Source: a bacterium (GTDB lineage: Bacteria; RBG-13-61-14; DATKZS01). From it: a DNA stretch of 13,788 bases. The position numbers and the translations under genes are program-made. The stretch covers positions 1-13,788 of the forward strand of contig JAWOBU010000078.1 of assembly GCA_046484135.1 (NCBI GenBank), given 5' to 3'. How positions within the stretch are numbered: the first letter of the stretch is position 1; every line of letters begins with the position of its first letter. Below the pieces are notes generated by a model, which worked only from the letters and a program-made list of their open reading frames with translations, made no database searches and was not told the origin of the DNA. Of the stretch, positions 6,901 to 13,788 are shown piece after piece.

Positions 6901-9900
6901 ATGAACGAATCTACGTCCTCTGAGCTGTTGGAAGCAAGGGCTTCCGAGGAAAAAGCTTACCGGGAAAAAGACTTTGACGCACTTTCCCGGGCCCTGGTAA
7001 GCCAGGCCGACCTGGTTCCGGATGCCCGGGAGAAAGCCGGTCTTCTTTTCCGGGCGGCGGTGGCAGCGGAGCGCGCAGGAGACCCCGATACCGCGGTGTC
7101 CCTTTACCAGAGGGTAGGAGACTACCCCGTTTGGGGGCCTCTTTCCCGCTCCCGGCTCTTCGAGATTCACTGGAAGCGCGGCGAGTGGCAGGAGCTGGTA
7201 AACGTCCTGGACACCGAGCTGGAGAAGGGAAGCATCTGGGACGAGCGCACCCTCCGGCTGGAGCAGGCCCGGCTGCAGGCTTTGCGGCTGGGTTCTTTCG
7301 ACGAGGCCCATGCCGGCCTGGAGCGGCTGCTTGCCGAGGACCCCGACTGCCGGGAGGCATTGTGGCTCAACCTGGTGCTGTATCTTCGCGAAGGCGACTG
7401 GGAAAAAGTAGAGGAGTCTTACGCAAGGTTTTTCGAGAAGGCTGAGGCCGAAGGGGACACCGGCATGGTCCGGGCGGCCGCCCTCCGGCTGGGCCAGATA
7501 CGGGAGTTCAGGTTCAAGTCGCCGGGGAAAGCCAAAGAGTGGTACCAGGCTGTCGAGGGGGCTCCCCTGTTGAGCCGGGGCCCGCTCTTCGAGATGGAGG
7601 AGTCGGCGGGCAACTGGGCCGAAGCAGGGGACCATCTGCAAAACCTGCTCGAGGCCATTCAAAGCCGGGAGGGACAGTCCGCGGCAGGGCTGGAGATGCT
7701 CTCCGCCCGCATAAAGGCCGACCTGGAAGGCAACGTGGAAGAAGCGCGCCAAAGGATCAGCGCTTTCCTGGAAAGGGAGCCGGAAAACGTGAGCGGTCTT
7801 TTTCTGGCGGCGGAATGGGCCATGGAAGGAGGCTCGGCCAACGAACGCGCCGACCTGGCCTCGCGGCTCATGGCCGTACTTTCCGACCCGCGGGAGATAT
7901 CCTTCTTCGCTTTCGAGCGGGTGCGGTTGTTGCTGGAAGACATCGGCGATTACGAGGCCGCGGTGGAGGCTTGCCGCGAGTGGATGGACAAGGTGCCGGA
8001 GGACCTCTCCGCCCCCCATTGGCTGATCGAGGCTTTGCGCAGGTCGGGCCGGGACGGAGAAGCGCTCGAGGTCATGGACCGGCTTCTTTCCGCCACCGAG
8101 GACCAGCGCGTCCGGCAGGCCCTGCTTTTTACCAAGGCGGAGCTCGCCACCTACAAGCTCGCCGACCAGGAAAGCGCGCTCCAGGCCTACCGGAGCGCAC
8201 TGGAGATACCCCCCAGCCAGCTTCCCGTGCTGGTTTCCATGAACCGCATCTATCACTTAAACGGCGATTATCAGAACCTGGCCCGGTTTCTTTCCGCCAT
8301 CATCAAACTGGTGCAGGACCCTGCCATTCAGAAGTTCTATCGGAACTGGTTGGCCAATATCTACCTGGAGAGGCTGAACAGGGAGGACCAGGCTTTTGCC
8401 TTGTACGGAGAGATAGTCAAATCCGACCCGTCCGACCGGACGGCTTTGAAAACCATCGCCCGGGTCAGCGCCCGCAAAGGGTCCTGGAACAACGTGGCCG
8501 GCTCCCTCTCCCGCATCCTTCAATCCACGGAGGACCCGCACGTACAATCGCACGTTCGTGCCGGCCTGGCCTGGACGCAGGAAGTCCGGCTGGAACAGAA
8601 GGACCAGGCCGCAGCATTGTATAAAGAGCTGGCGGACGCTTCCGACCCGTTCGGGGTAGAATCACTGCGAAGGATTTATTACCGCGACTCTGACTTTCCT
8701 GCCTATGCCGGGGTCATGGCCCTTCTTGCCGAAGACGCGCAAGGGCCGCTCCGGTCGGCCAGGCTTGTCCGCCTGGCTTGCGCGCACGAGATATCCGGCG
8801 AGTTCGCGGACGCCTGGAGCGCTTATGAAAAAGCCCGGGTGGGCCTTGCGGACGGTCCTTACTTGTGTCTTCCCATGATAGACCTGGCCCAGCTCACCGG
8901 TTACTGGAGCCGGTACCTGGGTCTTACGGAAGAGTTCGGCAAGTCTCTTGCCGGCACGAGCAGAAAGGCCCTCTTGTGGGAGGCCGCGTGGGGCAGGGGA
9001 GAATTTTCCGGCCCGGACGGACAGGTTGATGCCGCGGCCATGCAGCGCTCCTTCCAGTCTCTCCTGGAAGAAGACGGCGGAGGCAGGGATGCCATGCACG
9101 GGCTGGTCCTGGCTTGCCTGTGGTCGGGGGACCATCGCACCCGCGCGGACGTACTGGCCCGGCTTCTGTCCGAGATGTCGGATGAACAGGAAAGCACGGT
9201 AAGGCTTCAGCTCGCCTACCTTCTGCGCGACGACCTGGGAGCGGAGGAGGAGAGCATAGCCGCCCTGCGACAGGTACTGGCCAAGGACCAGCAGAACGCC
9301 CCCCTCCTGCGCGAGCTTCAGCTCCTCTACCAGGAAAGGCAGCAGTGGGGAGAGCTGATCCGGATGCTCCTTACCGAGATACCCCTCCGAAAGGACAAGG
9401 GGGTACTGGTGGACATTTACGTCAGGCTGGCCGGACTTTACGAGGAAAAGTACCAGGCCCAGGACGAGGCCATAAAGTGCCACCAGGCAGTGCTTCGAAT
9501 GGTTCCCGACCGTGCGGAGAGCCACCGGGAGGTTATCCGGCTCCTCGAGGCCCGCGGCAGGTGGGAGGACATGGTAAACGCCCTGCACGCCTTCGAGGCC
9601 GCCACCCCCGAGGTGGAAGAGAAGATATCCCTCCTGGTGCGGATGGCCAATGTTCTCGACGAGAAGCTCTCCGACCCTGACCGGGCCATAGCCCAGTTGA
9701 AAAGGGCGCTGGAGCTGGACCCCTCCCGGCCGGACCTTCTCTCCGAGCTCGAGAGGATTTACGAGCGGGAAGGAAGATATCAGGAGCTGGTCCGGGTGTT
9801 AGAGTCTCAGGCCGAAAAGGTGGAAGAGAACTCCACCAAGGCCACCCTTCATGAAAGGATAGCTTCCATCCAGGAAGAGCAGCTCGCCGACCAGGACGCA

Positions 9901-12795
9901 GCCATAAACCATCTTACAGCAGCCCGCGACTTCGATCCTTCCCGCACCTCGGTGCTCAACAGCCTGGAACGGCTCTTTACCGAGGCCGAGAGGTGGGAAG
10001 AGCTCATAGACACCCTGGAAAGACTGGCCTCCCTGGAAGAGGACCGAGACGCCCGCATCGAGTACTACTCCCGCATTGGCTCTCTATGGGACGAAAAGCT
10101 GTCCAACCTGGAAGAGTCCATAAAGAGCTGGGAGAGGGTGCGGGAGATTTCCGAGAACCACGTGCCCGCGCTCGAGGCCTTGGTGTCCCTTTACGAACGC
10201 ACCGGCGAAGACCGGCTTTTCGTGGACCGCAGCGCTTCCCTGGCCGAGCTTGTTTCCGACGAAAAAGCCCGCGCGGTGGACCTGCTCCTGAAGGCCGGGT
10301 CGGTACTGGAGGAGAGGCTCGACAACGAGGACCACGCCCTCGATCTTTACGGCCGGGCCATGGAGATAGACTCCTCTGCGCTCGAGCCTGTCCATGCCGC
10401 CCGCGCCGTTTACGAGAGGCGGGAGGACTTCCCCCAAGTGGTCAATCTGCTTTTCCGGGAAGAGCAGATAGTCGAGGAGACCAGCGCCAAGCTCGAGCTC
10501 TTGACCCGGGCGGGAAACATTTATGAAGAGAACCTCGCGGACGAGGACTCCGCGGCCGGCTCTTATGAGCGGGCGTTGTCTTTACAGGGAGACTACCTGC
10601 CCGCGGCCGAGCCCCTCTCGGAGATTTACTACAAGAACGAGAGCTGGGATAAGGCCAGACCGCTTTTCGAGATACGGACGGGTGCCCTGGAAGGAAAAGA
10701 GTCGGCCTATGCGGCCGAGGTCTGGTACAAGTCCGGCTGGTGCGCGGAAAAGACGGGGGAGACCGACCCGGCCATGAGCCGCTATCACTCCTCGGTGGAG
10801 CAGATCGAGTACCGGCCGTCCCTGGAGAGGCTCTCCGAGATTTACACCCAGAGGGAAAACTGGGAAGAAGCGGCCGCATTTACCGACCGGCTGTTAACAG
10901 TGGTCCGCGAAGAACAGGACGAGGAAGCCGCGTTTTCTCTTTTCCACCGCAAGGGACACATCGAGGACCGGCGGGGCAGGACAGCGGAAGCGGCCGCCGC
11001 CTATGAGAAGGCCCTGGAGATAAAGCCGGGCGACTACGAGACCCTGAAGGTCTTAATTGACGCGTATCTTCGCACCGAGCAGTGGCAGAAGTCGCTGGGG
11101 GCTTATGACCAGTTGATCCGGAGCGCTCCTTCCAAGCCGCTCGCCGCTGAAGGCCTGGCCGGCAAGGGCGTGGTTCTGGAGGACCACATCAAGGAGGAGC
11201 GGAGCGCGCTTGCCCATTTCCAGAAAGCGGTGGAGATAGCCCCCGATCACCTGACGGCCTGGACCCGCCTGGCCGGCATCCATTTTCGGCAGCAGTCGTG
11301 GCCGGAGGCGGAGAAGGCTTACCAGGAGCTTCTGAATCTCGAACAGGACCGGGAAAAGCTGATTGATCATCATTACCACCTGGGCCGCGTGTACATGGAG
11401 GGTATGAGCGACCTCGGTCGGGCGCGGGAGCAGTTCGAGTCGGCCCTCCGGCTCAACGAGGTTCATGTGCCGTCCATGCAGGCCTTGTTGGACATCTACC
11501 TGGAGCAGGAAGAATGGCAGCAGTTTATCGAGACGTCGGAGAAGTTCGTGCGGCTGGTGCCGGAGGAGGACCAGTCATCCCTTGCTCCCACCTACCGGAA
11601 GATGGGACAGGTTTACCGCGACCATACCGACAACAACGAAAGGGCGGTGCTTCACTTCCAGAAGGCCATCAAGATGAACCCGGACGACCGGGAAGCCCGC
11701 TCCGAGCTTGCCTCCCTTTATCTGTCCGACCCCAAATTCATTGACCAGGCCAAGCAGGAAAACCGGACCCTGCTCCGGATGGACCCCTTCCGGGGCCAGA
11801 CTTACCGGGACCTCGCTACCATCTACAAGTCGCAGCAGAACTACGACGCCATGTTCAACTTGTACGGTTACCTGAACGCGTTCGGCGAGCTGGACTACGA
11901 AGAGGAGATGTTTTACGAGGCCAACCTTGCCAAGGTGAAAATGCAGAGCCGGAAATCTCTGCCCCAGATGGAGAGAGAAGGGCAGCTTGTTCATCCCGAA
12001 GAAAAAGGGCCCCTCCGGGACATGCTCATTGCCATGGGCGATTACCTAATCAAGGTCTTTCCTATAAAACCCGAACATTTCGGGGCCAAGAAAGCACACC
12101 GCCTCTCCGCGGACTCTCAATCGCCGGTAAAAGACCTGGCCTCGGAGATCGCCGTCAACCTGGGCCTGGAAGACCTGGACATCTACCTTGTTCCCGAGAA
12201 CAAGGCCCCGGCGGTCATCTACACCGCGCCTCCATCTCTTATCGCCAACGCCGAGTGGTTCAATCGCTTCGATGAAAAAGAGCAGCGTTTCATCATGGGA
12301 AAACTTCTGGAGAACGCCGCCAACAAGCACTCCATTGTATATCAGAATCCGCCGGAAAAAGTGCTCCGGACGCTGTGCCTTTTGGCAATGGCAGTTAACG
12401 CGGACCTCGATCTCGAGCTTCCCGGAGTCAGCGCGGACGAAGTGGAAAAACAGAAGAAAGCGCTCCGCAAGCTGGTCCCCCGGAAGGGCCGAACCGATGT
12501 CGAGCACGCCGCGGAGCGGTTCAGCCAGGAGACCGCGAACGTTGATCCGGAAAAATGGAAAAAGGTTTTGGAGCATACCGACAATCGCGGCGGGCTCCTG
12601 GTTTGCGGGGACCCCTTCAAGGCGTTCGATGCCATTATCAAGTCGGACAGCCGTTATCAAAAAGAAAAGTACACCGAGCTGGAAGATAAAAAGGCCTTGT
12701 GGGAAAAGAACGAGGACATAATAGAGCTTCTGGAGTTCTCCGTCTCCGATCCCTACTTCAGGCTGCGGAGCCGGATGGGCTTCGCCATCGCCTGA
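6901..12795 (+). CDS. Giant tetratricopeptide-repeat protein (1964 aa) with a C-terminal M48-peptidase-like domain lacking HExxH; resembles large myxobacterial TPR proteins
   Basis: 5.9-kb uninterrupted ORF with GC-rich third codon positions. Many TPR-like motifs (AIAQLKRALELDP, AAAAYEKALEIKP, ALAHFQKAVEIAP, AVLHFQKAIKMNP). No signal peptide or obvious TM segment. The last ~280 aa are non-repetitive. Confidence 0.9.
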   Translation: MNESTSSELLEARASEEKAYREKDFDALSRALVSQADLVPDAREKAGLLFRAAVAAERAGDPDTAVSLYQRVGDYPVWGPLSRSRLFEIHWKRGEWQELVNVLDTELEKGSIWDERTLRLEQARLQALRLGSFDEAHAGLERLLAEDPDCREALWLNLVLYLREGDWEKVEESYARFFEKAEAEGDTGMVRAAALRLGQIREFRFKSPGKAKEWYQAVEGAPLLSRGPLFEMEESAGNWAEAGDHLQNLLEAIQSREGQSAAGLEMLSARIKADLEGNVEEARQRISAFLEREPENVSGLFLAAEWAMEGGSANERADLASRLMAVLSDPREISFFAFERVRLLLEDIGDYEAAVEACREWMDKVPEDLSAPHWLIEALRRSGRDGEALEVMDRLLSATEDQRVRQALLFTKAELATYKLADQESALQAYRSALEIPPSQLPVLVSMNRIYHLNGDYQNLARFLSAIIKLVQDPAIQKFYRNWLANIYLERLNREDQAFALYGEIVKSDPSDRTALKTIARVSARKGSWNNVAGSLSRILQSTEDPHVQSHVRAGLAWTQEVRLEQKDQAAALYKELADASDPFGVESLRRIYYRDSDFPAYAGVMALLAEDAQGPLRSARLVRLACAHEISGEFADAWSAYEKARVGLADGPYLCLPMIDLAQLTGYWSRYLGLTEEFGKSLAGTSRKALLWEAAWGRGEFSGPDGQVDAAAMQRSFQSLLEEDGGGRDAMHGLVLACLWSGDHRTRADVLARLLSEMSDEQESTVRLQLAYLLRDDLGAEEESIAALRQVLAKDQQNAPLLRELQLLYQERQQWGELIRMLLTEIPLRKDKGVLVDIYVRLAGLYEEKYQAQDEAIKCHQAVLRMVPDRAESHREVIRLLEARGRWEDMVNALHAFEAATPEVEEKISLLVRMANVLDEKLSDPDRAIAQLKRALELDPSRPDLLSELERIYEREGRYQELVRVLESQAEKVEENSTKATLHERIASIQEEQLADQDAAINHLTAARDFDPSRTSVLNSLERLFTEAERWEELIDTLERLASLEEDRDARIEYYSRIGSLWDEKLSNLEESIKSWERVREISENHVPALEALVSLYERTGEDRLFVDRSASLAELVSDEKARAVDLLLKAGSVLEERLDNEDHALDLYGRAMEIDSSALEPVHAARAVYERREDFPQVVNLLFREEQIVEETSAKLELLTRAGNIYEENLADEDSAAGSYERALSLQGDYLPAAEPLSEIYYKNESWDKARPLFEIRTGALEGKESAYAAEVWYKSGWCAEKTGETDPAMSRYHSSVEQIEYRPSLERLSEIYTQRENWEEAAAFTDRLLTVVREEQDEEAAFSLFHRKGHIEDRRGRTAEAAAAYEKALEIKPGDYETLKVLIDAYLRTEQWQKSLGAYDQLIRSAPSKPLAAEGLAGKGVVLEDHIKEERSALAHFQKAVEIAPDHLTAWTRLAGIHFRQQSWPEAEKAYQELLNLEQDREKLIDHHYHLGRVYMEGMSDLGRAREQFESALRLNEVHVPSMQALLDIYLEQEEWQQFIETSEKFVRLVPEEDQSSLAPTYRKMGQVYRDHTDNNERAVLHFQKAIKMNPDDREARSELASLYLSDPKFIDQAKQENRTLLRMDPFRGQTYRDLATIYKSQQNYDAMFNLYGYLNAFGELDYEEEMFYEANLAKVKMQSRKSLPQMEREGQLVHPEEKGPLRDMLIAMGDYLIKVFPIKPEHFGAKKAHRLSADSQSPVKDLASEIAVNLGLEDLDIYLVPENKAPAVIYTAPPSLIANAEWFNRFDEKEQRFIMGKLLENAANKHSIVYQNPPEKVLRTLCLLAMAVNADLDLELPGVSADEVEKQKKALRKLVPRKGRTDVEHAAERFSQETANVDPEKWKKVLEHTDNRGGLLVCGDPFKAFDAIIKSDSRYQKEKYTELEDKKALWEKNEDIIELLEFSVSDPYFRLRSRMGFAIA
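6973..11517 (+). repeat. Protein-level tandem ~72-aa super-repeat (paired TPR-like motifs), about 22 units
   Basis: The anchor residue of the motif L..IY....W..L recurs at nt 6973, 7186, 7399, 7615, 7837, 8053, 8269, 8485, 8695, 8905, 9133, 9346, 9562, 9778, 9994, 10210, 10429, 10645, 10861, 11083, 11299 and 11515. Most spacings are exactly 216 nt. A few anchors are degenerate (non-aromatic) and were placed by spacing. Confidence 0.8.
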
Positions 12796-12796
12796 A

Positions 12797-13788
12797 ATGA
12801 AGGCCTCCCGTTTGAAACAAAAAGCTCTCTTAATCCTACTTGCCGCCGGATTGATCGCCGCGGCTGTGGCCGTCTACAGCCCCGCCCGCAACATGTCTTT
12901 TATTTTCGATGATTACGTAACTATTATTAAGAACCGGAAAATCCAGGCGGCTTCTTTTTATCAAGCGGTGCGGGAAAACCCGTTCCGGTCCCTGGTGAAC
13001 CTTACTTTTGCCTTCCAGACCGCGATGCACCGGCCCGAAGAGCCGGACCGCGTGTTGGAATACGGCGCCTTTCAAAGTTTTGTTGAGCTTTCGGGCGGCG
13101 AAGAAACCAGGATGCGCTACTACTACACGGACCCGCGTACGGGCGAGTCCGGCCGGGTACTGCCGGACATGAAAAGAGGATACATCTATCCTTTGCCTGA
13201 TGTCTTGCCTTTTCGGGCCGTAAATTTGGCGCTCCACTTTGCCTGCGCCCTGCTTCTCGGCCTCGTCGTGTTTCGGCTCCGGCCGTGGAGAAGCGCCGCC
13301 TTTCTCGCGTCCGCCGCTTTCTTGTTTCATCCGTTGGCCACCGAGAGCGTAAACTATATCTCCGCGCGGTTCGATCTCATGGCCTTTCTTTTCAGCCTGG
13401 CCGCGGTTTACTTCCATCTTCTGGCAGACGATAAGCCTTCCCGCGACTGGTTCGCCGCGGGTTTTTTCGTGCTTGCTCTTTTATGCAAGGAGTCCGCGGC
13501 GAGCCTGCCGGTCGCTCTCCTGCTCCTGGACTCCGCCCGCGGAAGACCGCGCGCGCGGGTGTTGTTCGGCCTCGCACTAAGCGCCGTGTACGTCCTTCTC
13601 CGGCTTCAGTGGATGATCATCCTGGACAGCCCGGAGATGGAAAAGCTGAGCTGGCCCGCCTATGTACTGCTCGAACAGCGCGTGTTCTGGATTTACCTCG
13701 CCAAGTGTATCTACCCCCTGCATCTTAACTTCGAGTACAATATCGAACCGAAGACCTTGACGGACGCCGCGTTTGCCGCCTTGAACTT
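12797..13788 (+). CDS. TMTC-like GT-C-fold membrane glycosyltransferase (protein O-mannosyltransferase-like), partial, runs off the window end
   Basis: Hand translation from ATG 12797 stays open to the end: MKASRLKQKALLILLAAGLIAAAVAVYSPARNMSFIFDDYVTIIKN...PFRSLVNLTFA...RAVNLALH...FLFHPLATESVNYISARFDL...LALLCKE...YLAKCIYPLHLNFEY. These match TMTC-family motifs FxxDD, YRPL, H..N..LH, HP..TE.V..I..R.D, L.KE and P..L..DY. It is absent from the ORF track because it has no stop inside the window. Confidence 0.85.
   Translation, partial: MKASRLKQKALLILLAAGLIAAAVAVYSPARNMSFIFDDYVTIIKNRKIQAASFYQAVRENPFRSLVNLTFAFQTAMHRPEEPDRVLEYGAFQSFVELSGGEETRMRYYYTDPRTGESGRVLPDMKRGYIYPLPDVLPFRAVNLALHFACALLLGLVVFRLRPWRSAAFLASAAFLFHPLATESVNYISARFDLMAFLFSLAAVYFHLLADDKPSRDWFAAGFFVLALLCKESAASLPVALLLLDSARGRPRARVLFGLALSAVYVLLRLQWMIILDSPEMEKLSWPAYVLLEQRVFWIYLAKCIYPLHLNFEYNIEPKTLTDAAFAALN

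Noticed and set aside
6865..12721. Many minus-strand and alternate-frame ORFs within the TPR gene (e.g. 6865-8256, 7539-8624, 8662-9588, 12046-12660)
   Set aside because: They overlap the 1964-aa gene almost entirely, show no recognisable motifs, and are expected in high-GC DNA.
12836..13728. ORF-track calls 12836-13417(-), 13392-13577(-) and 13483-13728(+)
   Set aside because: They are shadows of the real TMTC-like ORF that starts at 12797 on the plus strand.
1..13788. CRISPR arrays, tRNA/rRNA genes, transposases, integrases or known defence genes
   Set aside because: I saw no regularly spaced nucleotide repeats, cloverleaf-like segments or mobile-element motifs. The window is almost fully occupied by the listed CDSs.

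Overview
A GC-rich Gram-negative bacterial chromosomal segment, probably from a deltaproteobacterium-like lineage (inferred from gene content only). Two gene blocks diverge from an AT-rich spacer at about 6030-6180. The minus-strand block is mostly envelope housekeeping: a GT9 heptosyltransferase (waaF-like), Kdo transferase waaA, a YhaM-family OB-fold/HD exoribonuclease, and a single LolC/E(F) permease with lolD. A PurN-like formyltransferase follows and is cut off before its catalytic C-terminal half. The plus-strand block is the unusual part. It encodes an orphan receiver protein with an N-terminal zinc ribbon, then a 1964-aa cytoplasmic TPR solenoid of about 22 tandem ~72-aa units ending in an apparently inactivated M48-peptidase-like domain. 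A TMTC-like GT-C glycosyltransferase starts 1 nt later, carries a ~50-aa loop insertion, runs off the window end and is missing from the ORF track. I found no rRNA, tRNA, CRISPR array or recognisable transposase. All family calls come from motif recognition by eye, not database searches.
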